Source of the DNA: Eledone cirrhosa
Taxonomy: Eukaryota
Assembly (NCBI GenBank): GCA_964016885.1
Contig: OZ024764.1
Coordinates: 22,878,001 to 22,942,000, forward strand
Reading direction: 5' to 3'
Length of the DNA: 64,000 bases
This document shows, in pieces, positions 23,962 to 37,653 of this stretch. Numbering within the stretch: position 1 is the stretch's first letter; the number at the start of each line of letters is the position of its first letter. Position numbers and translations under genes: made by a program. The notes under the pieces were generated by a model, which was given only the letters and a program-made list of their open reading frames with translations, was not told the DNA's origin and made no database searches.

Positions 23962-24470
23962 CAGTAATCAGAAGAAGGGAGGTAGGCATAAAAGCCAAAC
24001 TTGCTGTCTTCAATTAGGTTTTTGTGCCAACCCTTACCAATGGTCACATATCTTGGGTAATGACCAAAAGAATATGATTGGGAATACAAATGGCAGATAT
24101 GGGATTCCTCTGAAGGGTCTTTGAAGGAACTTTTCTCAATAAAGTGCATAGCTCTGAGATCAGAGAGTCACTCCAGGTGGAGCTGTTACTTCTCCTAATT
24201 GAGAGATCACAGCTGCAATACTATGGCCATGTGGTTAGAATGTCTGAGGAAAGAATCACTGGATAGATTTTACAGGCTAAACTAACCGGCAGGAGACCCA
24301 GGGGTAGACCTGAGCAAGATGGTCACATAACATCCATGAGCTTGGCTGGTCTCTCTGGGAGATCCAGCCAGATCAGTTGGAGTGGGTTGCTTCTGACAGG
24401 ACCTGTTGAAGGGAGTGTTTGAGGACTCTGCCCCCAAGACCCTTTCTGGAATAAGTGGGTTAATACGAAG
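23962..24470 (+). mobile_element. RTE (Expander/Rex3-like) fragment
   Basis: Paralog of 2690-3200. Confidence 0.8.
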
Positions 24471-24762
24471 AGGTTGAGGTTACATAATCAACATCAGATT
24501 TCCCTGCTAGCAAGGAGTTAATGAGTCTACTTCAACCAAGTAAGTACTGAAGTGAGGCTACTGATCTCCCAGACAGACCAAGGATCTGAGACTTATTTAC
24601 ATAAGGTCTCATTTGCTACTGAGTGCACAGAAAAGGTTGTCATGTCTTTGTCATGATTGAAAGGTTCTCCGACACTATTGTCGGGCAAGCTTTCTATGGC
24701 TAGATGTCCTTCACATGACCAACCACATTACAGCCTGTGTTGGGTGTGTTTATCATGTAGGT

Positions 24763-27120
24763 GAGGCATAACAAACTGAGGGTTCCCCAAGGGCCACATA
24801 GGTCACATGTGTTGTCTGAGGGTTGCACACTACAACTAATTATGTACACGACAACTAATTAAAGTCATTTAATAAAATATATTGCAGAAAGATTTGTTAC
24901 TTAAATTTAGAAACATACAATGTACATACAAATGTTTTAGCAGCATTCATGAATACAAAGTAATGAAGTAGTTTGACAAAAAACTAAAATTTAACATGTC
25001 AACATATACTTGCAGATTGTAACAGCAACAAATACATTGTACACAAATAACAACAGTTGAAAACTGAACATTTATTTGCTACTATTCAATCATTTTTAGT
25101 GTTTTGTCCTGAGGCTTGACACTTCTTTCTGTTGACAATGTTTGGTATGTCTGGCTGAAATGTTTGTACAGTTCCAACTTTGATCAGATGACAAGTGTTG
25201 ATCAGTCAGCCTTGTTCTCTGAGAAGTTTTTGTTAATTTCATGAAGGAAAGTAACTGTCCACTCACATAGGTAGAACCAAACATTGCCATAATCTTTGTG
25301 ACAAACTTTCTGATGTTAATAAACTTTTCAGGAAGGTATGAAAAGAAACCAGGTATCCCCACTACAAGATACTTTGTTCTGAGTGTAGAATCTGACTGCA
25401 TTTCCAATAGTTCCATCTGCAGGCATTCTTCTGCCTTCATCAAAGGTGAATGGTGCTGAGAATAATGTAAACTGATGTTCAAAAAATGAGAAATCACAAA
25501 ATCTTTCTTGAAATTTCTTTAACAACAATTCCAGGTGACTGTCATACTTAACTAGGCTAAATACAGACTCAGTATTGGCAGTGTTTTTCAGTTCTTTGCA
25601 CATAGGAAAATGAACTAAATTTTCATCTGACGACAGAGATTTCCATAAGCTTAGTTTTCTAATGAAGAACTTGATGTCATCATTCAACTGATTGATGGGT
25701 TTGTTTTAACCTTGTAATTTCAAATTAAGATCAGTTAATTGTGCAGTAATATCCACAACAAAACCAGATGTTGGAGCCAACTTTCATCTTTTATTTCATC
25801 TGTGTTTTAACCTTTTCTCTCCAAAAACGTAATTATTTCTTGTCTCAACAAATAGAATCTTTTCAGCACTTTGTGACATGTCAACCAGCAGACTTCTGTG
25901 TAGAATGGAACATCAGCGAACTGATTATCCATATCTTCCAACAACTGGCTGAACTGACGGTGGTTGAGAGCACGGCCTCTGATTTAGTTCACTGTCTTTG
26001 TGACCAAGCTAAGCACATGATGCAATTTTAAAATCTTTGAACATAAATTTTGTTGATGAATAATACAGTGAAAATGTGCAAATGATGAATCTAGATATGA
26101 GTTTTCTATTTTTGGTTGTAACTTGGCAGCAACACCATTATGTCTACCAACCATATTTGCAGCACTGTCAGTAGATAAACATGCAAGTTTACTCAGATCA
26201 AAACCATGCAGACCCTGCTTGACCTTCTCAAAGATGTCCTGGTTTGTTATAGTGTCATGCATGGGGACCAGTTCAATCAGTTCTTCATAAATATTAAATT
26301 CACAGTCACAGGCCCTGGTGAAGAATGCAAGCTGTACTATTCCAGTGATGTCAACAGTCTCATCAATAGCAATAGAAACATGTTCAAACCTTGATGATAC
26401 AGCCTTTAACTGTTGTTTCAGATCACCTGACATTTCATTAATCTGTTCAGCAACAGTGTTCCTGGTTAATGAAATGTCTTTGAATAACTCTGCTTTCTCT
26501 GGACAATTTCAGCTGTTTTTACAAGACATTGCTTTACAAAATCTCCTTCACTGTAAGATTTCCCACTCATGGCAATCATTTGACTGAGTTCATAGCTTGC
26601 AGTAACAGAAGTGACATCCTCTTCCTGAATTAACATAAAACAGGTCTGTTGCTGTGTCAAGTTAGACTTCAATTCCTTGAGTCTTGAAACACACATTGGG
26701 CCTTCATATTTATCGTAAGATCGAGGGTTTGTTTCATAATGTCTTTTTAAATTGTACTCTTTTGGCATGGAGATGTAGTTGTTGCAAATTAAACAGTGTA
26801 TCTTTCTGTTCACCATTGGGCAAAAATACTGTAATTCCCACTTTTCTTGAAACACTTGCCCTTCTTCGTTCACTTTCCTTTTTCTCTTAGCTGGAGGAGC
26901 ACTAACCATTTCAAAAACGAAATCATTTGAAATTTTGAAAGAAAGTTTTCTGTTAATGAGCTGCACGTGATTAATGGAAGTTAAAAGTAGTTGACAAAAA
27001 TTGCACCAAAAAAAATAATTGTATCGAAAATGTTTTAAATTTTATATTACGAAAATGAAACATGATCGCACTGTAAAAACCTTTGTGTGGGCCGCAGGTT
27101 TGCTTGCAAAGGGCCGCATG
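24763..27120 (-). mobile_element. hAT transposon copy 2, right terminus deleted
   Basis: IAIDETVDITG, HCIIHQQNLC, AMFGSTYV motifs; left TSD at 24755-24762; right TIR and TSD lost between two GCATGT repeats. Confidence 0.92.
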
Positions 27121-27244
27121 TCCATCAGTGTCTTCTGCTACATTAACTACCAGGAGATCACTACATGAGTCAAAGACTACATTTCAAAGAAGGGTCATAA
27201 AAGAACTAAATATGAAAGTCCTCACAGCAAAAAGCAAATTATTG

Positions 27245-27652
27245 AGCTTTGGGTCTAGGCCAAGGGGCAGAAGTGCTGCGCCCTGTGGATAAGACTGCAA
27301 AAGTATTCGCCCCGGACGATGGACAGTTACACCCACTGCAACAGCCACCCCAACCTCATGGGGCACCCTCTTCAGAAGGGCCACCAACGTACTGATCTTA
27401 CAGAGGAGCTTGGCAGTACGGGGTCCAAGTACTTCTGAGGTCTCAATGGTGACCAGTGTGAAGAGACCTACAAATGATGTCATCCCAGTTATGTTGGACT
27501 GTAATATACTGGGGTATAGAGAGGCCTTAACCTGTCTCAGCCGGGCCACCCAGGGTTGTGTCATCTAGATACCAGACAGGGGTAACTAGACCATGTTGTC
27601 AACTGTCACCACCAATAGGAGTGAGGCGAGTGGGTCCCCTTGCTAGACACCA
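27245..27652 (-). mobile_element. CRE-like non-LTR relic, copy 2
   Basis: Paralog of 5700-6100. Confidence 0.6.
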
Positions 27653-27922
27653 TATATAAAAACGTATTTGCTAATTACTTTAATGAATAATTTGTTTCAT
27701 ATGTAATTATTACTTTTAACACAATAGGATTTTGTACACGTGTTTGTTTGAAAACATCTTTCAAAGAAGTATGAGACAGTCTTTTGCAGTCTTCTGGAGT
27801 TGCGACCGAGAGATAGTATTAGCAATTGGAAAGACCAATGGAAACATTGTTTCCTCGGTCCGATTTGACGAAAAGTCGATCGTAAAAAAAATATATATAT
27901 TTATATATATATATATATATAT

Positions 27923-28602
27923 AAGGTGGAAGACTAACGTAGATTAGAGAGAAATGAAGCCTGCATGCTCCGATGGATGTGTAACAGTAATATACGTGAA
28001 CGACAAAGCATAAAGGAATTGAGAGAGAGACTGAGCATAAGAGGAATCAAATGCTGCGTGCAGGAGAGGCGGTTACGCTGGTATGGACATGTGATGCGTA
28101 TGAAGGATGACAGCTGCATAAAAAGGTGCAGAGCACTAGAAGTTGATGGAAACCGCGGAGTGGGGAGACCCAAGATGACTTGGGATGAGGTGATAAAAGC
28201 CGACCTTACCCAACTACACCTCTCAAAGTCAATGACACACGACCATGACTTCTGGCGTCACGCAGTAATACAGGGTACCCGACCTCCCATGGGTACATGC
28301 TGAAGCATATAAACAATATGCCCCCACTCCCCCCACCGCAAGGTGGTCGTGGAGGCGCCACGGCAAAAAAGCACCCAGCCCACACTGTAAAGTGGACGTG
28401 TAGGCGCCACGAAAAAGCACCCAGCACTCACTGTAAATGAGGTTGGTGTTAGGAAGGGCATCCAGCTGTAGAAATCAAGCCAGATCAGTTCCTGTATGAG
28501 CAAGGCATGGTCAGCCGACCAGACACTGCCCACAACAGGACAACCCGTCTAACCCATGCTAGCGTGGAAGAACGGACGTAAAACGGTGATGATGATGATG
28601 AT
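27923..28602 (+). mobile_element. 5'-truncated RTE LINE inserted in a TA microsatellite
   Basis: RRLRWYGHVMRM...GRPKMTWDEVI then 3' UTR and (GAT)n tail; absent from paralogous sites ~6565 and ~58700. Confidence 0.9.
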
Positions 28603-28936
28603 ATATAGAGAGATAGAGAAACACACAAACGTACACTACTGTAAAACACATGTAAGGGGAGACAATTCTCGTTACATTCCCCCTTCTTTTTGATATACGT
28701 TCTTTATATGTTTTGTACAATGGAACCTGCTTTATTTTGTGTCCTAAGTAAATTTCTGTTTAAGTATTTACGAGATTCACAATGATTCACGTAACCAAGT
28801 TACTTACATAGAGATATATTTCACATAGAATCACAACAAATGAAAATATTAAGTCAACACTCTGTCAATCAGTCTCACATCACATGGGGTGCCGGAGTCT
28901 CCCTCTAATACTTTCTGAGGCAGTCTTACCTCGAGT

Positions 28937-30107
28937 GAGATCTTTTACTGTCCCTATCCTTTTCTCTAGGTTGTCTTGTACCTCTCACAGTCCCTCTAGA
29001 TGTTATGTTAAACAGGGAGATCTTTTACTCTCCAACCCTTCTATCTCCAGATAGTCTTGTATCTATCAGTCCCTCTAGATATTACACCTAGTATCTAGTC
29101 TATGTTGAGTCGCACGTCCTTCTCCAGTAAAGGAGTTAATATTCCCAACCATCTGTCTATCCTGTTTTCTGATGAGAATGAAGTCAATCTAGTTTATCTC
29201 TTCACCTGATTGAAGTAACTAGATCAAGTAACTAGATGTTTTCCTGTAAGTTAGTGTGGCAGTGTTTGTGTCACCATGTAAGGTTTATATCTATTAATAT
29301 AGAGATGTAGTAAAGTTTTCACTGTTGTATCTCTACTTTCTAAATATCTTAATAATGTTTCTCTACTATTTCAGAATATCACATGACCTTGACAGAAAAG
29401 AGTCTTTTAAAGACAACAGAAAGATGTTACATACAAGTGATATAAACTTGTTTAGTCTGTGGTGAATTATGGTGAAATATTTCTTCTGAATTGAGATAAA
29501 TAACATTTTCCTTTTTCACTGTCTGCAATATTTACAAGATGATTTTACATTCTGATTAAACTTTGTATATTTACAAAGGAGTTTTCAAAATATTTGGATA
29601 TTGACAAAGATCACATTTGATAAAGTTATGAACAATAGAAATATTTACATCAACATGGGAATATTTTACAGAAGAGATGGGAAAATCATTATACCACTGT
29701 AATATTTGTGGTAAAGTATTCTCTCTTCTTTATATGTAGAACATCTAACTAAACACTTTAACTAACAAACTATTGTGCTATAGAATTGACAAACTTGAGG
29801 AATGTTTAATAAATGCTACAGATTTCTCCAAACTGTCATTTACTAACTTTAATTTGAAGCTATATTATCTATATACTACTAAAACTCTGTGATTGTGTCT
29901 TGTCCGTAATTTAATACAGCTAAAACAGTGCATAATGGGGAAATACTTTGAAAAGAATAAAACAAGTTTTGTATAAAATGGAGCACAGGTTCCTAAGATA
30001 CGGGGTTTTCTGGGTACCTTCATAAATATAGGGAGAGAGCGAGAGAGTGGTTGTGAGAGTGAGGAGACAGATGGAAGAGAGAGAGAGAGCTGGTGGTGTT
30101 GTTTAAT

Positions 30108-30143
<36 letters not shown>

Positions 30144-31588
30144 CGTATGTGTATATTTTAACTATTTAAAAATTATTTTTAAATAACTTAAAAGATAATT
30201 TTAAGGCAACGTGACCCAACAGGTCCCGGGTGGTCTAGTTTGTAACTAAATACTAGATATTAGAGGGTCATGTTCTAGATGTGCTGGAAGAGCCATTCCA
30301 TCTCGTGAGGCTCACACCAGCAGCTAGCCACCTCAGCACCTATGGTGGTATATTTATTATATTATTTATTCTTTATCATTAATATTAATATAAAAGATAA
30401 TTATATATTTTTAGAGAAGAACCTCTAACTTCATATAGCTTAGGGCTTCAGTAGGTAAAAGTCTGCCCCTGCTTGTCTTGTATTTTTTAGGGGAGAAGTT
30501 AGGGAATACTGTTATTGTGTGAAAGTTTTCTAAATCTTCTTCAGCCACTAACATGGAGAAGATATTTCAGTAAGAAGGTTCACATCCTGACATCTATAGC
30601 TGTTAACAATGAGATTGGAATTCATTATTAAACAAATGTTATATCATCATCACTGTTTTACATCAGTTTTTCCACCCTGGCATGGGTTAGACGAGTTATC
30701 CTGTTGTAAGCAATGCCTGGTCAGGTGACCACATGTTGCTCCTACAGAACAAATTTTGGTTTGGTTTCTACAGCTGGATGACCTTCCTACAACCAAGCTT
30801 ATTTACATTAAGTACTGGGTGCTTTTTGTCGTGACACCTACATGACCACTTTACAGTGTGGACTGGGTACTTTTTGTTGTGATACATACGTGACCACTTT
30901 ACAGTGTGCGTTGGGTGCTGTTTGTTGTGACACCTACATGACCACTTTACAGTTTTGACTGGGTGCTTTTTGTCGTGACACCTACATGACCACTTTATAG
31001 TGTGGACTGGGTACTTTTTGTTGTGACACCTACATGACCATTTTAAAGTTTTGGCTGGGTACTTTTTGTTGTCACCTACATGACCACATTACAGTGTGGG
31101 CTGGGTGCTTTTTGCCGTGACACCTACGTACCCGCTTTACAGTGTGGGCTGGTTTCTTTTTGTCATGTCACCTACATGACCAGTTTATAGTATTGGCTGT
31201 GTGTTCTTTACAGTGTAGGCTGGTTTCTTTTTGTCATATCACCTACATGACCACCTTAGAGTGTTGGCTGTGTGTTCTTTGCAGTGTGGGCTGGTTTCTT
31301 TTTGTCATATCACCTACATGACCACCTTATCATGTTGACTATGTGTTCTTTACAGTGTGGGTTGGGTGCTTTTTGTCATATCACCTACATGACCACCTCA
31401 TAATGTTGACTGTGTGTTCTCTACAGTGTGGGTTGGGTGCTTTTTGTCATATCTCCTACCCAACCACTTTGCAGTGTGGGCAGTGAAATATCAGTAATGC
31501 ACCAGCTCCAATATTCAGTAATCAGAAGAAGGGAGGTAGGCATAAAGCCAAACTTGCTGTCTTCAATTAGGTTTTTGTGCCAACCCTT
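28937..31588 (+). repeat. Local tandem re-duplication of the 3'-flank module (80-mer, stub 29375-29739, Helitron 29868-30238, 48/71-mer)
   Basis: Sequence jumps at 28937 back to the equivalent of ~21480 and stays colinear to the start of the Expander fragment. Confidence 0.9.
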
Positions 31589-33772
31589 TGGATATTTACA
31601 AAGGAGTTTTCAAAATATTTGGATATTGACAAAGATCACATTTGGTAAAATTATGAACAATTGAAATATTTACATCAACATAGGAATATTTTCCAGAAGA
31701 GATGGGAAAATCATTATACCACTGTAATATTCGTGGTAAAGTATTCTCTCTTCTTTATATGTAGAATATCTAACTAAACACTTTAACTAACAAACTATTG
31801 TGCTATAGAATTGACAAACTTGAGGAATGTTTAATAAATGTTGCAGATTTCTCCAAACTGTCGTTTACTAACTTTAATTTGAAACTATATCATCTATATA
31901 CTACTAAAACTCTGTGATTGTGTCTTGTCCGTAATTTAATACAGCTAAAACAGTGCATAATGGGGAAATACTTTGAAAAGAATAAAACAAGATTTGTATA
32001 AATTGGAGCACAGGTTCCCAAGATACGGGGTTTTCTGGGTACCTTGATAAATATAGGGAGAGAAAGAGATAGTGGTTGTGAGAGAGAGGGAGCTGGTGGT
32101 GTTGTTTAATAAAATATGTGTGTGTATATATATATATATAAACGTATGTGTATAGATATATATATGTATGTGTATATTTTAACTATTTTAAAATGACTTT
32201 TAAAAAATAGTTTTAAGGGAACGTGACCCAACAGGTCCCGGGTGGTCTAGTTTGTTACTAAATACTAGATATTAGAGGTTCTAGATGTGCTGGAAGAGCC
32301 ATTCCATCTTGTGAGGTTCACACCAGCAGCTAGCCACCTCAGCACCTATGGTGGTATATTTATTATATTATTTATTCTTTATCATTAACATTAATATAAA
32401 AGATAATTATATATTTTTAGAAAAGAACCTCTAACTTCATATAACTTAGGGCTTCAGTAGGTAAAAGTCTGGCCCTGCTTGTCTTGTATTTTTTAGGGGA
32501 GAAGTTAGGGAATACTGTTATTGTGTGAAAGTTTTCTAAATCTTCTTCAGCCACTAACATGGAGAAGATATTTCAGTAAAAAGGTTCACATCCTGACATC
32601 TATAGCTGTTAACAATGAGATTGGAATTCATTATTAAACAAATGTTATATCATCATCACTGTTTTACATCATTTTTTCCACACTGGCATGGGTTAGACGA
32701 GTTATCCTGTTGTAAGCATTGCCAGGTCAGGTGACCACGTGTTGCTCCTACAGAACAAATTTTGGATTGGTTTCTACAGCTGGATGCCCTTCCTAGCACC
32801 AACCTCATTTACATTGAGTACTGAGTGCTTTTTGTCGTGACACCTACATGACCACTTTACAGTGTGGACTGGGTACTTTTTGTTGTGACACCTACATGAC
32901 CACTTTACAGTGTGGACTGGGTGCTTTTTGTTGTGACACCTACATGACCACTTTACAGTGTGGACTGGGTGCTTTTTGTTGTGACACCTATATGACCACT
33001 TTACAGTGTGGACTGGGTACTTTTTGTTGTGACACCTACATGACCACTTTACAGTGTGGACTGAGTGCTTTTTGTTGTGACACCTATATGACCACTTTAC
33101 AGTGTGGACTGGGTACTTTTTGTTGTGACACCTACATGACCACTTTACAGTGTGGACTGGGTGCTTTTTAACATCTCACCAGCACCACCACTTTACAGTG
33201 TAGGCTGGGTGCTTTTTACCATCTCACCATGATGACCACTTTACATTGACTACTGGGTGCTTTTTGTTGTGACACCTACATGACCACTTTACAGTGTGGA
33301 CTGGGCGCTTTTTGTCGTAACACCTGCATGACCACTTTATAGTGTGGTCTGGGTACTTTTTGTCGTGACACCTACATGACCACTTTACCATGTGGACTGG
33401 GTACTTTTTGTCGTGACACATACATACATACATACACACACATATACATACATTTATAATATAACCATACATGACCACTTTACAGTGTGGTCTGGGTACT
33501 TTTTGTTGTGACACCTACATGAGCACTTTACAGTGTGGACTGGGTGCTTTTTGTTGTGACACCTACATGACCACTTTACAGTGTGGACTTAGTACTTTTT
33601 GTTGTGACACCTACATCACCACTTTACAGTGTGGACTTAGTACTTTTTGTTGTGACACCTACATGACCACTATACAGTGTGTACTGGGTACTTTTTGTTG
33701 TGACACCTACACAACCTCTTTACAGTGTTGGCAGTGAAATATCTAATGCACCAGCTTCAGTAATCAGAAGAT
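31586..33772 (+). repeat. Further partial copy of the 3'-flank module (stub ATG 31702, Helitron 31893-32250)
   Basis: Junction caacc-CTT-tggatatt joins the Expander fragment to the middle of the stub. Confidence 0.9.
32820..33735. repeat. Expanded homogeneous 48-bp minisatellite
   Basis: 16-codon period (MTTLQCGLGTFCCDTY), interrupted by a CATA microsatellite at ~33415-33470. Confidence 0.95.
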
Positions 33773-33842
33773 CGCTGTTTTCTATATTATAATTTTATAA
33801 TATACATATAAACACACATACAAACACACACATATATATATA

Positions 33843-35752
33843 CAGTATATATATATACGAGTGTCCCAAGTAAAGAGTTTTTCGAGATACGAGCCGTCCC
33901 TCGGCTGATTTTTTGCGTTGAGTTCCAGTTCTAGTTGGCATAGCGACCGCCACAGGGAATACCATAACACCCGTCCAGCATCCCATGGGTTTGAAGAAAG
34001 TGAGGGCGAAGGACAGTGCTGAGAAGAAGAAGCAGATGATGTGTATTGAATTAAAGAAAGAAATTATAGAAAAACATGTCCAAGGTGTGTGTGTAATGGA
34101 CTTGATAAAGGCTATAACCCCAGCTAAGGGTGGTAAAATAATTTCTAAACAGCGGACCTCTATCCATGAAAATATGGAGAAGCAGCTCGCAAGAGATACC
34201 GTGATGAAGATTATAATATGTGAGAAGGCACAAACTATTTACGCTGATTTGCTGCAGCAGACCCCAGGTTCTTCTACGGACGAGCCATCGGCAAGCCCTT
34301 TAATGCCAGTCAGGGTTGGTTTGAGAATTTTAAAAAGAGGACCGGGATTCACTCAGTTGTCAGGAATGGTGAGGTAGCGAGCGCGGATATGAAGGCAGCT
34401 GAGGATTACCTCAAAACCTTTGCCGGAATTATAGCAGCCAAAGGATACATCCCTCAGCAAGTCTTTAACTGTGATGAAACAGGACTTTTTTGGAAGAAGA
34501 TGCCAAGGAGGACTTATATAACGGCAGAGGAGAAGAGGATGCCTGGCCACAAACCCATGAAGGATAGGCTAACCCTCGCACTGTGCCACTGTGAACGTTG
34601 ACTGTAAGATTAAGTTGCCGCTCGTTTATCATTCGGAAAACTTTAAGTCACATAAGATTCTGAAAGAAAAACTGCAGGTTATGTGGAGGGCAAACCCGAG
34701 GGCATGGGTCACCAGGCAGTTCGTTGTGGATTGGGTGAATTTGGTCCTGACATTAAAAAATATCCCCATGAAAATAACCTACCCCTGTAAACCCTTCTTG
34801 TCCTAGACAATACACCTGCTCACCCACCTAACCTCGAAGAGTTCAAGTTTATAAAGGTCCTCTACCTTCCACCAAACACCACCCCTATCCTACAGCCCAA
34901 GGACCAGCGGGTACTTTCTAATTTCAAGAAGCTCTTCACCAAGCACCTGTTCAGTCGCTGCTTTGAAGTGACGGAGAGCACAAACTTCACCCTTGAGAAG
35001 TCTGGAAGGACCATTATAACATCGTGATATGCCTCAGAATTATCGATATGACCTGGCAGGGTCTTACAAAGAGGACCTTGACCTCTACATGGAAGAAGCT
35101 GTGGCCTGAAGTTGTGTCTAAAACAGACTTTGAAAGACTGGAACCCGAAGCGGCAGTGGTGGAGGAGATTGTACCCCTCGGTAAGTCCATGGGCCTGGAC
35201 ATGGATGAAGGTGACATCAACGAGCTCATCGAGGAGCACTCCGAGGAACTGACAACGAAGGAATTAAAGGAGCTACAGACACAGCAACACACGGAGTTTT
35301 TGCAGGAAATAGGTGAGATGAAACAAACCTCATTAGACAGGTTTTTATCGAAAATCCCTGCAGATAAAAGTGAGGAACGCGTGGCGAAAAGGGCAAAAAT
35401 CAGCGAATAAGATTCAGTTATTCAGTTCATCCTTTCTCCTCCGTCAACATCCTCAAGTCGTCTGATCTCCAAGATAGATGCTGTACATTATACTTAATAA
35501 AACCAGTTTATTGTAGTACATTCTATTGTATTGTTTTTTATATACAATATTTGTTATTTATAAGTACATTTTTCTTATTTAAAAACACGTAACAAAACAA
35601 ACTGTGGTTTTTTTTTTGGGGGGGGGGGGTCTGGAACGGATTAATGGCATTTTATTTTATTTCAGTGGGGAAAATTGATTTGACATACGAGTAATTTAAG
35701 TTACGAGGTCCTCCACGGAACAAATTAAACTCTTAAGTCAAGGTACAACAGT
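33843..35752 (+). mobile_element. pogo/Tigger-like DNA transposon, decayed
   Basis: CENP-B-like start (IELKKEII), QQVFNCDETGLFWKKMPRRTYI, GHKPMKDRLTL; several frameshifts; termini degraded. Confidence 0.88.
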
Positions 35753-35774
35753 GTGTGTGTGTATATATATGAAG

Positions 35775-35945
35775 GAACGATCGACTTTCGTCAAATCGGA
35801 CCGAGGAAGCAATGTTTCCATTGGTCTTTCCAATTGCTAGTACTATCGGTCGCAACTCCAGGTAGAAGGAACAACGTGAAATAAAGTGTCTTGCTCAACG
35901 TCATAACGCATCGCCTCGTCCAGGAATCGAACTCACAACCTCAAC
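35775..35945 (-). mobile_element. tRNA-derived SINE, reverse copy
   Basis: Reverse complement of the 6345-6555 family including the B box (gaatcgaactc on + strand). Confidence 0.7.
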
Positions 35946-37653
35946 ATATATATATATATATAAATGAAGAATATAGAAATTATTGTAGCAAAAAGCCAAC
36001 AGTATTCCATTTCATTTCATTTGAGTTTGAGTCCATGCTCAGGCCAAGTCGAAGACTCCACCCTCAATCGAAGACTCCACCCATTATATATATATATATA
36101 GTATAAAAGAGAAAACACAGGTAAGCATTAAGAGAAGGATTTTATCCAGGTATTTACGACCGTTTCATTGGTAAGTGCAACCTTATATTTCTATCCTGCA
36201 AATAGCAGCCACTCAATTATAATTGTTGTTCACAGTCCAAATTTTCAAAATAGTAAGTTACTCTTGAAATAATTCTTAATATATAGAGAAAAACATTTAT
36301 TTGGAATTGTATTTACTAGTATAGAGAGAGAGAGAGGAATCAGAAGGTGAGGGGACAGACGGAATAGTATAGAGAGAGAGGAAGGGGGAAGAGGTAGGAA
36401 GTAGAGTGACAAACTGAGATGGAGGGAGGGGTAGAGGTGGCAGGATTCTTTGGTCAGTTTTGATAGCAGACTTCATGTCGTGGAATGTAGTGAGTTAAAG
36501 AGAATTAAATTGATCATTTTTGGAGGGATGGATATATATATATATAGTTAAATATTAGACAGGAACAAAAATACAGAGGCAGTGCAAATGGTAGTTTATA
36601 CCGAGAGAGAGACAGACAAACACATCTATACCCCTACTACAGTAAAACATAAAACATATGTAAGGGGAGACAACTCTCGTTACATCGCCCCCTTCTTTTT
36701 GATATAAGTCCTTTAAATACTTTGTTCAATGGAATCTGCTTTATTTTGTGTCCTAAGTAGATTTCTGTTTAAGTATTTACGAGATTCACAATGATTCACG
36801 TAACCAAGTTACTTACATAGAGATATATTTCACATAGAATCACAACAAATGAAAATATTAAGTCAACACTCTGTCAATCAGTCTCACATCACATGGGGTG
36901 CTGGAGTCTCCCTCTAATACTTTCTGAGACAGTCTTACCTCGAGTGATAGCAAGGCTAAGATGTTGGAACTACCAAACAGCCTCATATGTATCACCTGAC
37001 ACCTCGGTAAGGAGAGCTGCCAACGATAACAAGAACCTCGTTGTCAGGGACCTATCTCCTCCAAACTTCTCCAACACCACAGACTAGAATATTCTACTCT
37101 TTATTCCCTATCAAATATATTTCAGTCTAGTCATTTATCTTGTATCTTGTATATGTATTTGGAAAACTAACTGTCACATTTGTCAGGGTACTTAGTTGTT
37201 CCGGCAAATTATCCTCCATATAACCCAATCTTACCGAGATACCCGGTGATCTCTGCCAGGGTACTCGATTGATCCAGCACCCTACTATTTCTACCAACAG
37301 GTTATATCGAGGTATCAAGTGATACTCTTTTCAAGTCAAGACCTCCTCTGCTGTCCTCTGTCTTCCAACTGCCCTGTTATTCTACAGACTCACGAAAGCT
37401 ATCTCACCGCTTTTCATAGGCGCCGCTAAATTCCACTGCTGGTCTCTCCTCTCCCACGTGCGTCCAACTCCTTAACACCGGGAGCTACCAAAACTCGCGT
37501 CCACACCGTTGCTGGTCACCACTAAGAGGGCCATCTGCTGGCCCTCCCGGTCGAGCATCCTTCCGGTCGAGCACTCCCCCGCTTCCGGCCACCGCATGCC
37601 ACACCATACCCCCCCCCCCCCCGATCTCCAGGATCAATTTCCTCCTCGTCCGT

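Noticed and set aside
32848-33737. Cys-rich repeat ORFs (MTTLQCGLGTFCCDTY)n
   Set aside because: Translation of the 48-bp minisatellite
33985-35410. TIGD1-like host gene
   Set aside because: Broken across several frames; decayed Tigger
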